From Escherichia coli (lineage in GTDB: Bacteria > Pseudomonadota > Gammaproteobacteria > Enterobacterales > Enterobacteriaceae): 64,000 nt of DNA. The notes below the pieces were generated by a model, which saw only the letters and a program-made list of their open reading frames with translations, searched no databases and was not told the origin of the DNA. This document shows, one piece after another, positions 48,722-59,601 of the stretch. The stretch is taken from NCBI RefSeq assembly GCF_016903815.1, contig NZ_CP069973.1; one strand, written 5' to 3'. Positions within the stretch are counted from its first letter, which is position 1. The number at the start of each line of letters is the position of its first letter. The translations under genes and the position numbers were made by a program.

Positions 48722-49090
48722 TTGGATAAACCGCTTTATATGTAGAGAAGAACAGTCCCAGGAACAATCCAGATCCGGCACCGGAATGTCGCAATCACGA
48801 CAGACCGCACCATCGCACCCGGAACAATCACAATTATTATTCTTCTTTTTACGTATTACCTCGTTCAGGTGTTGCTTCTGCCTGATTGTCTGTGCCGCAA
48901 GTCGGCAATCTGCAAAACGCTGACGTATCTCGCCCCAGCCTGCAATAACACCTTTCTGTTGAATAATCTCTTTGACTGCTCCCGAACATCCCTGCGTTTG
49001 GTACAACACACTGTAAGCACAGCGGTATCCTTTGCGAGGAGAAAGGTGTCGTTGATAGAGCATTATCAACAGTAAAAGCAGTTTATTCAT
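48719..49090 (-). CDS. YidD/DUF37-like small protein with Cys-rich C-terminal tail
   Basis: 123-aa ORF; ATG at 49088..49090 with GGAG 5 nt upstream; N-terminal YQRHLSPRKGYRCAY... resembles the YidD signature; C-terminal CDCSGCDGAVCRDCD...CSWDC. Confidence 0.5.
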   Translation of the reverse strand: MNKLLLLLIMLYQRHLSPRKGYRCAYSVLYQTQGCSGAVKEIIQQKGVIAGWGEIRQRFADCRLAAQTIRQKQHLNEVIRKKKNNNCDCSGCDGAVCRDCDIPVPDLDCSWDCSSLHIKRFIQ

Positions 49091-49245
49091 GAAGGCTCCG
49101 AACCATTCCTGTTCCCGATTAAAAACTTATCTAATAGCCAAATCCATTCGTATTTAAAAAAACATTCATTAAAGAAATAAATTTGGGTGCAATGAGAATG
49201 CGCAACGCCGTAAGAAAGGCGGGAATAACTTCCCGCCAAAGACTC

Positions 49246-49398
49246 TTACTCTTTCAAATTGCAGGCTAAAAATGCCGCCAGCTCATAACTCCCCTGTTTA
49301 ATATGCAATTCACACAGTGAATCTCTTATCATCCAGGTGAAAAATAAAAGCGTGCAACAAATCACTATTAAAGAAAGTAATCTATATTTCTGCGGCAT
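49246..49398 (-). CDS. hokA: Hok-family type I toxin
   Basis: 50-aa ORF MPQKYRLLSLIVICCTLLFFTWMIRDSLCELHIKQGSYELAAFLACNLKE. Confidence 0.85.
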   Translation of the reverse strand: MPQKYRLLSLIVICCTLLFFTWMIRDSLCELHIKQGSYELAAFLACNLKE

Positions 49399-49458
49399 TC
49401 CCAGCCCCCTGTGTTGATTTCCAACGAGTAAGAGGCTAACCTTATGGTGTTCAGGCAT
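49246..49458 (-). CDS. mokA: mok-type overlapping reading frame (modulator of hok translation)
   Basis: 70-aa ORF in frame with and extending hokA upstream, as in hok/mok/sok loci. Confidence 0.5.
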   Translation of the reverse strand: MPEHHKVSLLLVGNQHRGLGMPQKYRLLSLIVICCTLLFFTWMIRDSLCELHIKQGSYELAAFLACNLKE

Positions 49459-49500
49459 AGGGTAGCCTCACTTTGATTTATAGTCAGGTGGGGCTTTTCT
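49437..49500 (+). ncRNA. sokA: putative Sok antisense RNA
   Basis: Plus-strand hairpin (agcctcac...gtggggct) plus T-run at 49464..49500, antisense to the mok start region; 5' end not determined. Confidence 0.35.
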
Positions 49501-49676
49501 CTGTCTGCCTTTCGGTGAATACCTGAGACAAACAGTCTCAAGCACCCGTGGCTATTCTAGCTTAATAAGTTCGTTTCTTCTCCTTGATATAATCCTAAAA
49601 AAATCTCATAAAATTAATATATGAGATAATCTTTATTCAGCAGAAGATTATTAAAGGTTGCTGTATTATTTAGCGA

Positions 49677-49708
49677 TAAAAAAAGCCTGCCAGATGGCAG
49701 GCTTTTTA
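49677..49708. terminator. bidirectional rho-independent terminator downstream of glyS
   Basis: Stem agcctgcc/ggcaggct flanked by an A-run and a T-run. Confidence 0.7.
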
Positions 49709-49720
49709 ATAACGGCGTTA

Positions 49721-51790
49721 TTACTGTAACAGCGAAATATCCGCAACGCGCAGGAACAGTTCGCGCAGTTTCTCCAGCATGGTCAAACGGTTGATACGCA
49801 ATTCTTTGTCATCAACCATGACCATCACTTTATCGAAGAAGGCATCAACCGGTTCACGCAGCTCAGCCAGTTCGACCAGCGCATCCTGGTAACGACCTTC
49901 AGCAAAGTACGGCTCCAGTTTATCGCGCAGCACAACCACCTGCATCGCCAGTTTAATTTCTTCCGGCTCTTTCAGAGTAGAAGCATTCACGCGATCGCTC
50001 AGCACTTCGTCAGACTTCGCCAGAATGTTAGATACACGTTTGTTCGCCGCCGCCAGTGCAGCAGCTGCATCCAGGGTACGGAAGTGCGATACCGCCTTCA
50101 TACGGGCATCGAAATCTGCCGGACGAGTCGGACGACGCGCCAGTACCGCCTGGATGGTGTCAACGGTGTAACCTTCGTCCTGATACCAGGCGCGGAAGCG
50201 ACCGAGCATAAAGTCGATAACATCATCAACCACGTTGGCATTAGTCAGCTTATCGCCATACAGACGCACTGCTTCTTCGGTCAGCGTTTGCAGATCAAGG
50301 TTGAGGTTCTTCTCAACGATAATACGCAGTACGCCAAGTGCGGCACGACGCAACGCAAACGGGTCTTTGTCGCCTTTCGGATGCTGGCCGATACCGAAGA
50401 TACCCGCCAGAGTATCCATCTTGTCAGCAATCGCCAGCGCACAGGCTACCGGGTTAGACGGCAGGTCATCACCGGCAAAGCGCGGCTGATACTGCTCGTT
50501 CAGCGCCACTGCAACATCTTCCGCTTCGCCATCGTAACGCGCGTAGTGCATCCCCATAACGCCCTGGGTGTCGGTGAACTCGAAGACCATGTTGGTCATC
50601 AGGTCGCACTTGGACAGCAGGCCCGCACGGGTTGCGTGGTTAACGTCAGCGCCAATCTGTTCAGCAATCCAGCCAGCCAGCGCCTGGATGCGGTCAGTTT
50701 TGTCGCGCAGTGTACCCAGCTGTTGCTGAAACAACACGGTTTGCAGGCGCGGCAGGTTATCTTCCAGACGTTTTTTACGGTCGGTGTTGAAGAAGAACTC
50801 GGCATCCGCCAAACGTGGACGAACGACTTTCTCGTTACCAGAGATAATTTGCTGCGGATCTTTCGATTCGATATTGGCAACGAAGATAAAGTTCGGCAGC
50901 AGTTTGCCGTCGTTCGCATACACCGGGAAGTATTTCTGGTCACCTTTCATGGTGTAAACCAGCGCTTCAGACGGCACCGCAAGGAATTTCTCTTCGAATT
51001 TTGCGGTCAGCACAACCGGCCATTCCACCAGCGAAGCCACTTCTTCCAACAGGCTTTCGCTTAAGTCAGCGTTACCGCCAATCTTACGCGCCGCTTCTTC
51101 GGCATCGGCTTTAATCTTCGCCTTACGTTCTTCGTAATCGGCGATGACTTTCCCGCGCTCACGCAGAATTTCCGGATACTGATCGGCATTGTCGATAGTG
51201 AATTCCGGCTCGCCCATAAAGCGGTGGCCGCGAATCACGCGATCGGACTGAATGCCCAGAATGGTAGCCGGAATAACTTTGTCGCCCAGCAGCAGGGTCA
51301 CGGTGTGCACCGGACGCACGAAGTGCACGTCGCTTGCGCCCCAACGCATCAGTTTCGGGATCGGCAGTTTCGCCAGCGAAGTCGCAACCATATTCGGCAG
51401 CAGTGCTTCGGTGCTTTCGCCCTTCACGTGGGCGCGATACAGCAGCCATTCGCCTTTATCGGTAGTCAGACGCTCAGCCTGGTCAACGGTAATACCGCAA
51501 CCACGCGCCCAGCCTTCTGCCGCTTTGCTCGGTTTGCCTTCAGCGTCGAACGCCTGAGCAATCGCCGGGCCGCGTTTTTCGATTTCACGATCCGGTTGCG
51601 CTTCCGCCAGGTTAGCTACTTTCAGCGCCAGACGACGCGGAGCAGCAAACCATTGAACGGCGCCGTGTGCGAGGCCAGCGTTATCCAGCTCCGCAGTAAA
51701 GTTCGCAGCAAAGGACTCAGCCAGGCTGCGCAGTGCTTTTGGTGGCAGCTCTTCAGTGCCGATTTCCACCAGAAAAGTTTTCTCAGACAT
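49721..51790 (-). CDS. glyS: glycine--tRNA ligase beta subunit
   Basis: 689-aa ORF. Confidence 0.95.
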   Translation of the reverse strand: MSEKTFLVEIGTEELPPKALRSLAESFAANFTAELDNAGLAHGAVQWFAAPRRLALKVANLAEAQPDREIEKRGPAIAQAFDAEGKPSKAAEGWARGCGITVDQAERLTTDKGEWLLYRAHVKGESTEALLPNMVATSLAKLPIPKLMRWGASDVHFVRPVHTVTLLLGDKVIPATILGIQSDRVIRGHRFMGEPEFTIDNADQYPEILRERGKVIADYEERKAKIKADAEEAARKIGGNADLSESLLEEVASLVEWPVVLTAKFEEKFLAVPSEALVYTMKGDQKYFPVYANDGKLLPNFIFVANIESKDPQQIISGNEKVVRPRLADAEFFFNTDRKKRLEDNLPRLQTVLFQQQLGTLRDKTDRIQALAGWIAEQIGADVNHATRAGLLSKCDLMTNMVFEFTDTQGVMGMHYARYDGEAEDVAVALNEQYQPRFAGDDLPSNPVACALAIADKMDTLAGIFGIGQHPKGDKDPFALRRAALGVLRIIVEKNLNLDLQTLTEEAVRLYGDKLTNANVVDDVIDFMLGRFRAWYQDEGYTVDTIQAVLARRPTRPADFDARMKAVSHFRTLDAAAALAAANKRVSNILAKSDEVLSDRVNASTLKEPEEIKLAMQVVVLRDKLEPYFAEGRYQDALVELAELREPVDAFFDKVMVMVDDKELRINRLTMLEKLRELFLRVADISLLQ

Positions 51791-51799
51791 AGCCGCCTC

Positions 51800-52711
51800 T
51801 TACTTATCTTTGTTGCACATCGGGAAGCCGAGGGCTTCACGGGAAGCGTAGTATGCTTCTGCCACTGCTTTGGTCAGGGTGCGAATGCGCAGAATATAGC
51901 GCTGACGCTCAGTGACGGAGATGGCTTTACGCGCATCCAGCAGGTTGAAGCTGTGGGCGGCTTTCAGAATACGCTCGTAGGCTGGCAACGGCAGCGGATT
52001 TTCCAGCGCCAGCAGCTGCTGCGCTTCTTTCTCGTACTGCTCGAAGCAGGTGAACAGGAAGTCCACATCCGCGTATTCGAAGTTGTAAGTGGACTGCTCC
52101 ACTTCGTTCTGATGGAACACGTCGCCATAGGTGGTTTTACCCAGCGGGCCGTCGCTCCAGACCAGGTCGTAAACGCTGTCTACGCCCTGAATGTACATTG
52201 CCAGACGTTCCAGACCGTAGGTGATCTCGCCGGTAACCGGTTTACACTCCAGACCACCAACCTGCTGGAAGTAAGTGAACTGCGTCACTTCCATGCCGTT
52301 CAGCCACACTTCCCAGCCCAGCCCCCAGGCACCCAGCGTCGGGTTTTCCCAGTTATCTTCCACGAAACGGATGTCGTGGATGGTCGGGTCCATGCCCAGC
52401 TCTTTCAGAGAACCAAGGTACAGCTCCTGAATATTGTCCGGCGATGGCTTAATGACCACCTGGAACTGATAGTAGTGCTGTAAACGGTTGGGGTTTTCGC
52501 CGTAGCGACCATCGGTTGGGCGACGAGAAGGCTGAACATAAGCAGCCGCCATCGGTTCTGGCCCCAGCGCGCGCAGACAGGTCATTGGGTGAGAGGTTCC
52601 CGCGCCGACTTCCATGTCCAATGGTTGAACAATGGTGCAGCCCTGGCGAGCCCAGTAATCCTGTAAGGTCAGGATCAAGCCCTGGAAGGTCCTGGTATCA
52701 AACTTTTGCAT
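51800..52711 (-). CDS. glyQ: glycine--tRNA ligase alpha subunit
   Basis: 303-aa ORF ([25 protein letters not shown]...). Confidence 0.95.
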
Positions 52712-52805
52712 ATTATTTCGTGCTGGATACGTGTGGATTTAAAGGAAGGGATCAGTATACCCGCTGGATGGAAGATATACAGTACGAAACGGGAAAAAGC
52801 AGGGC

Positions 52806-53108
52806 TTAACGCATGGAAAGATGCAAAAAATGGCCATCTGCGTCAAAAGAACAGACAAACTGCTCTTTACGGAAGGTATAACCGCGCATTTCGTAGCTCC
52901 CCTGGAACTGTTCAAATGCGGTGACGTCGATTTTTTGCGCACCTGTATTATAGCGTTTTGCCGCCTGATCTTTGCATAGCCCTTCCATATTCAACGAACG
53001 CAGAGGATCAACCTTTACCCGTTGTGCTTTCTGCACGGGTGGCGGTGTAGAACAACCCACTAGCGCCATAAGCACCATAAGCGCCATTGCCGGAAAGAAA
53101 GAGTTCAT
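52806..53108 (-). CDS. ysaB: small lipoprotein YsaB
   Basis: About 99 aa with lipobox (LVGCS); three consecutive ATG codons at 53106..53114 make the exact start uncertain. Confidence 0.75.
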   Translation of the reverse strand: MNSFFPAMALMVLMALVGCSTPPPVQKAQRVKVDPLRSLNMEGLCKDQAAKRYNTGAQKIDVTAFEQFQGSYEMRGYTFRKEQFVCSFDADGHFLHLSMR

Positions 53109-53288
53109 CATCATTAAATTACCGTCTGGTTTGCAGGTGAGTCTTATTATTTATATCGGTATAGTGGCTGATATCTTACGAATTTCCTTAAGCCTCTATA
53201 AGCTGTAGTGATAAAACTCAGATTATTCCAGTGCGCCAACCGAATGATTTATCGGTCAGACTTTTTTTAACCAGATACAGAGACACAG

Positions 53289-54284
53289 ATGCAGCCCAAA
53301 ATTTACTGGATTGATAACCTGCGAGGGATAGCGTGTTTAATGGTGGTGATGATTCACACCACTACCTGGTATGTGACCAATGCTCATAGTGTTAGCCCCG
53401 TCACATGGGATATCGCCAATGTTCTGAATTCTGCCTCTCGTGTCAGCGTGCCGCTATTTTTCATGATTTCCGGCTATCTCTTTTTTGGCGAACGCAGCGC
53501 CCAGCCGCGCCATTTCTTGCGTATCGGCTTATGTCTGCTTTTTTATAGCGCAATCGCACTGCTCTACATTGCGCTGTTTACCTCCATCAATATGGAGTTA
53601 GCGCTGAAAAACCTGCTGCAAAAGCCAGTGTTTTACCACTTGTGGTTTTTCTTCGCGATTGCGGTGATTTATCTGGTTTCACCGCTGATTCAGGTGAAGA
53701 ACGTCGGCGGAAAAATGTTGCTGGTGCTAATGGTGGTGATTGGCATTATCGCTAACCCAAACACAGTGCCGCAGAAAATTGACGGTTTTGAATGGCTGCC
53801 AATTAACTTATATATCAATGGCGATACTTTTTACTACATCCTGTATGGCATGTTGGGCCGCGCTATAGGGATGATGGACACACAGCATAAAGCACTGTCG
53901 TGGGTGTGCGCCGCACTGTTTGCGACGGGGGTTTTTATTATCTCTCGCGGGACATTATATGAATTGCAGTGGCGCGGAAATTTTGCCGATACCTGGTATC
54001 TTTACTGTGGGCCGATGGTTTTTATCTGCGCAACCACGCTATTGACTCTGGTTAAAAACACGCTTGATACGCGTACTGTTCGCGGACTTGGCTTAATCTC
54101 CCGCCATTCGTTGGGTATATACGGATTCCACGCCTTGATTATCCATGCACTGCGCACCCGGGGGATTGAGCTTAAAAACTGGCCAATACTCGATATTATT
54201 TGGATCTTTTGCGCGACGTTGGCAGCGAGTTTGTTACTTTCTATGCTGGTACAACGAATCGACAGAAACAGACTAGTGAGTTAA
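53289..54284 (+). CDS. wecH: membrane O-acetyltransferase (acyltransferase_3 family)
   Basis: 331-aa polytopic ORF. Confidence 0.8.
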   Translation: MQPKIYWIDNLRGIACLMVVMIHTTTWYVTNAHSVSPVTWDIANVLNSASRVSVPLFFMISGYLFFGERSAQPRHFLRIGLCLLFYSAIALLYIALFTSINMELALKNLLQKPVFYHLWFFFAIAVIYLVSPLIQVKNVGGKMLLVLMVVIGIIANPNTVPQKIDGFEWLPINLYINGDTFYYILYGMLGRAIGMMDTQHKALSWVCAALFATGVFIISRGTLYELQWRGNFADTWYLYCGPMVFICATTLLTLVKNTLDTRTVRGLGLISRHSLGIYGFHALIIHALRTRGIELKNWPILDIIWIFCATLAASLLLSMLVQRIDRNRLVS

Positions 54285-54325
54285 ATAAAAGCCCGGTCAC
54301 ATTGGACTGACCGGGCTTATGTGAA

Positions 54326-54763
54326 TTATTCGCTGTATTCTTCCTGGGTAATCTGTGTTTCTTTTGGTGGGTTTATTCCGGCATCACGAATATTCTTCTG
54401 CACCGCTACTGCACCAAACAAGCTTAAGAAGAAAGCCAGTCCATAAAAACCTTTCTCGCTGAGTAATAACGTCGCATTCCACAGACCTACCATCAGTAAC
54501 GCAACAGAGATAATAAAGACAGTCAGGCAGGTCATATAATAAATGGAGGTGGTCGGTATGCCTTCATACTTGTCCCGAACGGTCTTTTGATAAGACGCCG
54601 CAGAAAACAGTCCTAATACCAGTACGGCAAAATAATATCCTTTTTCATTTAACTGCATCTCTGCATTCCATAGCCCTAACAGATAGGTAACGATACCACC
54701 AACGAGAGCTATCCATGACACAATACTGAATGCCGGAGAATAGGTTGATATTTTGTTGTCCAT
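54326..54763 (-). CDS. yiaA: inner membrane protein YiaA
   Basis: 145 aa from ATG at 54763; two internally repeated membrane modules; paralogous to yiaB. Confidence 0.8.
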   Translation of the reverse strand: MDNKISTYSPAFSIVSWIALVGGIVTYLLGLWNAEMQLNEKGYYFAVLVLGLFSAASYQKTVRDKYEGIPTTSIYYMTCLTVFIISVALLMVGLWNATLLLSEKGFYGLAFFLSLFGAVAVQKNIRDAGINPPKETQITQEEYSE

Positions 54764-54808
54764 CACAGTATTCCTTTCATTCCTGAATGTGTAAGAGCTT
54801 TATGTTGC

Positions 54809-55150
54809 TCATGCCGGGCGAAACAAACGCATTTGACCAAACAAGCAGACAAAAAAGGCGATAGGGTAGATCACCATTTCATAAGCATTGATAGGTGCGT
54901 TTAAAACACCGATAAACAAGAGACCGATAGTGATTAACGCAACTAACTGGCAGATGTGGGTAAAAAAATCATCCAGTTGCCCGAGTTTTTCTGCGCGAAG
55001 ATATGCATAGTTGCCAAAAGTTGCCGTCATTAACACGCCAAGAAAATAGCCTTTTCCACTTAACAATGGGCATGAGATCCATAGCCCAAGCAGATAAACC
55101 AGCGCCCCGACAACAAATAATATTTTTGCCACAGTCTTTGAGGTTTTCAT
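54809..55150 (-). CDS. yiaB: inner membrane protein YiaB
   Basis: 113 aa from ATG at 55150 (MKTSKTVAKILFVVGALVYLLGLW...). Confidence 0.8.
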   Translation of the reverse strand: MKTSKTVAKILFVVGALVYLLGLWISCPLLSGKGYFLGVLMTATFGNYAYLRAEKLGQLDDFFTHICQLVALITIGLLFIGVLNAPINAYEMVIYPIAFFVCLFGQMRLFRPA

Positions 55151-55317
55151 AACGATCTCCATATCTACCAGCGATACATTACGAGTAACCAACGAAAGAC
55201 AAAACTGAAAAATGCCATTAACAAATGATTTCAGAATAAATTCATACTAAATATTAATTAATTACTGATATATATAGATGTGAATTATCCCCCACCCGGT
55301 CAGGCAGGGGATAACGT

Positions 55318-56772
55318 TTACGCCATTAATGGCAGAAGTTGCTGATAGAGGCGACGGAACGTTTCACGTCGTGGCTGATAAGCGGCATAACGCTGCGCAT
55401 CTGGTAGATGCGACTGTTCTAACGGCAGTTGCGGCAACAACTCAATGAGCGATTTCTCTGGATTCGCCGCAATCTGCGCCAGCCTTGCTGCGCCCAGTGC
55501 TGGCCCCACATCCCCCCCCGTACGGTAATCGAGCCGCTGACCGCTGATATCCGCCAGCATCTGACGCCAGTACTCACTACGCGCCCCGCCACCAATCAAC
55601 GTAACACTTTGCGGTTTAATGCCGCAGGCATGCACGACATCCATGCCATCTGCCAGCGCATAACCCACGCCTTCCAGCACTGCTCGCGCCAGTTCATTGG
55701 GGCCATGTTGATGAGTCAAACCAAAGAAAACCCCCTTCGCCTGGGGATTATTGTGTGGTGTACGCTCGCCGGAAAGATAAGGCAGAAACCAAACTGGCTC
55801 GGCACTTTCATCAGCCTGTTGAGCAGCCGCGATTAAAGCTGGGACATTGTTCAGGCCCGTTAATTTCGCAGCCCAATCCAGACACGACGCTGCACTCAGC
55901 ATCACAGACATTAAATGCCAACGCTGCGGTAGCGCATGGCAAAAGCTGTGTACGGCGCTTTCTGGCTTGCTTAAGAACCCTTCGCTGACAGCAAAATAGA
56001 CCCCCGACGTCCCCAGCGATAACATTGCCTGATTAGCATCAACCATTCCTACACCAACCGCACCAGCTGCATTATCACCACCGCCTGCGACAACTGGCAC
56101 CGCCGCCATACCCCACGCTTTCGCAACTTCAGGTAACAAAGCACCAGTAATTTCGCTGCCTTCGTATAATGCGGGCATCTGGTCACGAGATAAGTGGCAA
56201 GCCTGCAGCATGACGTCACTCCAGTCACGCTTTGCGACATCCAGCCACATGGTGCCAGCTGCGTCAGACATATCGCTGGCAAACTCCCCCGTCATACGCA
56301 GACGCAAGTAATCTTTCGGTAACAATACTTTGTCGATTTGACGGAATATCTCCGGCTCATGCCGCTGAACCCATAGCAATTTAGGCGCAGTAAATCCGGG
56401 CATCATCAGGTTACCGGTAATCACCCGCGATTGCGGAACTCGCGCTTCCAGCAAAGCGCACTCTTGCGCACAGCGCCCGTCGTTCCACAAAATGGCAGGG
56501 CGTAATAACCGTTGCTGGGCATCCAGTAAGGTTGCACCGTGCATCTGGCCGGCAATACCCAATGCTTTAACGTCCTGCAGAGAATGCTGATCGCCCAGGG
56601 CTTTCATTGCGCGATCAGTTGCCTGCCACCACTGTTCCGGGTCTTGTTCCGACCAGAGTGGATGCGGGCGCGAAACGGTCAGCTTTTCCGTTTGCGAAGC
56701 AACCACCTCGCCCTGCTCGTTGAGCAAAATAACTTTTACGCCCGAGGTGCCAAGATCTATCCCGATATACAT
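55318..56772 (-). CDS. xylB: xylulokinase
   Basis: 484-aa ORF, FGGY kinase family. Confidence 0.95.
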   Translation of the reverse strand: MYIGIDLGTSGVKVILLNEQGEVVASQTEKLTVSRPHPLWSEQDPEQWWQATDRAMKALGDQHSLQDVKALGIAGQMHGATLLDAQQRLLRPAILWNDGRCAQECALLEARVPQSRVITGNLMMPGFTAPKLLWVQRHEPEIFRQIDKVLLPKDYLRLRMTGEFASDMSDAAGTMWLDVAKRDWSDVMLQACHLSRDQMPALYEGSEITGALLPEVAKAWGMAAVPVVAGGGDNAAGAVGVGMVDANQAMLSLGTSGVYFAVSEGFLSKPESAVHSFCHALPQRWHLMSVMLSAASCLDWAAKLTGLNNVPALIAAAQQADESAEPVWFLPYLSGERTPHNNPQAKGVFFGLTHQHGPNELARAVLEGVGYALADGMDVVHACGIKPQSVTLIGGGARSEYWRQMLADISGQRLDYRTGGDVGPALGAARLAQIAANPEKSLIELLPQLPLEQSHLPDAQRYAAYQPRRETFRRLYQQLLPLMA

Positions 56773-56843
56773 ATCGATCGTTCCTTAAAAAAATGCCCGG
56801 TATCGCTACCGATAACCGGGCCAACGGACTGCACAGTTAGCCG

Positions 56844-58166
56844 TTATTTGTCGAACAGATAATGGTTTACCAGATTTTCCAGTTGCTCCTGGCGACCACT
56901 CTGATGCACCGGAGACAAATTGTGTTCCTGAGCATATTTGGCTAAATCTGCCAGTGACATTTGGCCTTTCAGGATTTGCTGGCCTAATTCGCTATTCCAG
57001 CCGGAATAACGCTGCGCGATGCGTTTATCCAGCTCACCATCTTCAATCATGCGTGCTGCAATTTTCAGCGCCAACGCCATCGTATCCATCGCGCCGATAT
57101 GACCGTAAAACAGATCATATTTATCAGTACTTTGACGACGTACTTTGGCATCGAAGTTCAGACCGCCGGTGGTGAAACCGCCTGCTTTGAGAATTTCATA
57201 CATCACCAGCGCATTCTCTTCCACACTGTTCGGGAACTGGTCGGTATCCCAGCCCAGTTGTGCATCGCCACGGTTAGCGTCGACAGAACCGAACAGGCCA
57301 AGCGCAATGGCGGTGGCTATTTCATGATGGAAAGAGTGACCTGCCAGCGTCGCGTGGTTAGCTTCAATGTTCAGTTTAATCTCTTTTTCCAGACCAAACT
57401 GTTTCAGGAAGCCATAGACTGTCGCAGCATCGTAATCATATTGATGTTTGGTCGGTTCTTGCGGTTTCGGTTCGATAAGCAACGTACCCTGGAAGCCGAT
57501 TTTATGTTTATGCTCAACCACCATCTGCATAAAGCGGCCCAGTTGTTCACGCTCCTGACGCAGGTCGGTATTTAACAGCGTTTCGTAACCTTCACGACCG
57601 CCCCACAGGACATAGTTTTCACCACCCAATTTATGGGTTGCTTCCATCGCTGTAACAACTTGCGTTGCCGCCCAGCTGAAGACTTCAGGATCTGGGTTCG
57701 TCGCCGCACCCGCGCCGTAGCGAGGGTTTGTAAAGCAGTTAGCGGTTCCCCACAGCAGCTTCACGCCGCTCTCTTCTTGCTTGCCTGCCAGGACATCAAC
57801 CATTTGCGCAAAATTATTGATGTACTCTTTTAACGACGCGCCCTCAGGGGAAACATCCACGTCGTGGAAGCAATAAAATGGCACATGTAACTTGTGGAAA
57901 AACTCAAATGCGACATCTGCTTTACGCTTCGCCAACGCCAGTGCCTCACCAGGCTGCTGCCACGGACGATTAAACGCCCCCACACCAAACATGTCCGCCC
58001 CGTTCCAGCAGAAGGTGTGCCAGTAGCAGGCGGCAAATCGCAAGTGCTCTTCCATACGCTTGCCCAACACCAGTTCGTCGGGATTATAGTGATGGAATGC
58101 TAACGGGTTAGAGGATTTTGAGCCTTCATAACGAACGCGATCGAGCTGGTCAAAATAGGCTTGCAT
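56844..58166 (-). CDS. xylA: xylose isomerase
   Basis: 440 aa from ATG at 58166 ([31 protein letters not shown]...). Confidence 0.95.
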   Translation of the reverse strand: MQAYFDQLDRVRYEGSKSSNPLAFHHYNPDELVLGKRMEEHLRFAACYWHTFCWNGADMFGVGAFNRPWQQPGEALALAKRKADVAFEFFHKLHVPFYCFHDVDVSPEGASLKEYINNFAQMVDVLAGKQEESGVKLLWGTANCFTNPRYGAGAATNPDPEVFSWAATQVVTAMEATHKLGGENYVLWGGREGYETLLNTDLRQEREQLGRFMQMVVEHKHKIGFQGTLLIEPKPQEPTKHQYDYDAATVYGFLKQFGLEKEIKLNIEANHATLAGHSFHHEIATAIALGLFGSVDANRGDAQLGWDTDQFPNSVEENALVMYEILKAGGFTTGGLNFDAKVRRQSTDKYDLFYGHIGAMDTMALALKIAARMIEDGELDKRIAQRYSGWNSELGQQILKGQMSLADLAKYAQEHNLSPVHQSGRQEQLENLVNHYLFDK

Positions 58167-58531
58167 ATTGAACTCCATAATCAGGTAATGCCGCGGGTGA
58201 TGGATGATGTCGTAATATTGGGCACTCCCTTTCAGTTGCTCAATTATGTTATTTCACACTGCTATTGAGATAATTCACAAGTGTGCGCTCGCTCGCAAAA
58301 TAAAATGGAATGAGGAAACTGGGTAATTCCTCGAAGAGAAAAATGCAATAAGTACAATTGCGCAACAAAAGTAAGATCTCGGTCATAAATCAAGAAATAA
58401 ACCAAAAATCGTAATCGAAAGATAAAAATCTGTAATTGTTTTCCCCTGTTTAGTTGCTAAAAATTGGTTACGTTTATCGCGGTGATTGTTACTTATTAAA
58501 GCTGTCCTCTACCTACAGAAGGCCCTACACC
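58167..58531. promoter_or_regulatory. divergent xylA / xylF promoter-operator region
   Basis: AT-rich 365-bp intergenic region between divergent xylA and xylF, with TCACA/TGTG half-site-like motifs; individual sites not resolved. Confidence 0.6.
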
Positions 58532-59524
58532 ATGAAAATAAAGAACATTCTACTCACCCTTTGCACCTCACTTCTGCTTACCAACGTTGCGGCACACGCC
58601 AAAGAAGTCAAAATAGGTATGGCGATTGATGATCTCCGTCTTGAACGCTGGCAAAAAGATCGAGATATTTTTGTGAAAAAGGCAGAATCTCTCGGCGCGA
58701 AAGTATTTGTACAGTCTGCAAATGGCAATGAAGAAACACAAATGTCGCAGATTGAAAACATGATTAACCGGGGCGTCGATGTTCTTGTCATTATTCCGTA
58801 TAACGGTCAGGTATTAAGTAACGTTGTAAAAGAAGCCAAACAAGAAGGTATTAAAGTATTAGCTTACGACCGTATGATTAACGATGCGGATATCGATTTT
58901 TATATTTCTTTCGATAACGAAAAAGTCGGTGAACTGCAGGCAAAAGCCCTGGTCGATATTGTTCCGCAAGGTAATTACTTCCTGATGGGCGGCTCGCCGG
59001 TAGATAACAACGCCAAGCTGTTCCGCGCCGGGCAAATGAAAGTGTTAAAACCTTACGTTGATTCCGGAAAAATTAAAGTCGTTGGTGACCAATGGGTTGA
59101 TGGCTGGTTACCGGAAAACGCATTGAAAATTATGGAAAACGCGCTAACCGCCAATAATAACAAAATTGATGCTGTAGTTGCCTCAAACGATGCCACCGCA
59201 GGTGGGGCAATTCAGGCATTAAGTGCGCAAGGTTTATCAGGGAAAGTAGCAATTTTCGGCCAGGATGCGGATCTCGCAGGTATTAAACGTATTGCTGCCG
59301 GTACGCAAACTATGACGGTGTATAAACCTATTACATTGTTGGCAAATACTGCCGCAGAAATTGCCGTTGAGTTGGGCAATGGTCAGGAACCAAAAGCAGA
59401 TACCACTCTGAATAATGGTCTGAAAGATGTTCCCTCCCGCCTGCTGACACCGATCGATGTGAATAAAAACAACATCAAAGAAACGGTAGTTAAAGACGGA
59501 TTCCACAAAGAGAGCGAGCTGTAA
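58532..59524 (+). CDS. xylF: D-xylose ABC transporter periplasmic binding protein
   Basis: 330 aa from ATG at 58532 (MKIKNILLTLCTSLLLTNVAAHA...), signal peptide. Confidence 0.95.
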   Translation: MKIKNILLTLCTSLLLTNVAAHAKEVKIGMAIDDLRLERWQKDRDIFVKKAESLGAKVFVQSANGNEETQMSQIENMINRGVDVLVIIPYNGQVLSNVVKEAKQEGIKVLAYDRMINDADIDFYISFDNEKVGELQAKALVDIVPQGNYFLMGGSPVDNNAKLFRAGQMKVLKPYVDSGKIKVVGDQWVDGWLPENALKIMENALTANNNKIDAVVASNDATAGGAIQALSAQGLSGKVAIFGQDADLAGIKRIAAGTQTMTVYKPITLLANTAAEIAVELGNGQEPKADTTLNNGLKDVPSRLLTPIDVNKNNIKETVVKDGFHKESEL

Positions 59525-59601
59525 GCGTTACGCCCCGGCGAGGAGCGGGGGCGTGATTTCTCTCCATGCCGCGTGAATGAATTGGCTTAGGTGGAGTCGT
59601 T

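Noticed and set aside
49560-49680. AT-rich palindrome (atctcataaaattaatatatgagat) upstream of the hok/mok transcript region, considered as an operator
   Set aside because: A single short palindrome in an AT-rich promoter region is not enough to assign a regulator; probably part of the hok promoter or the glyS terminator context.
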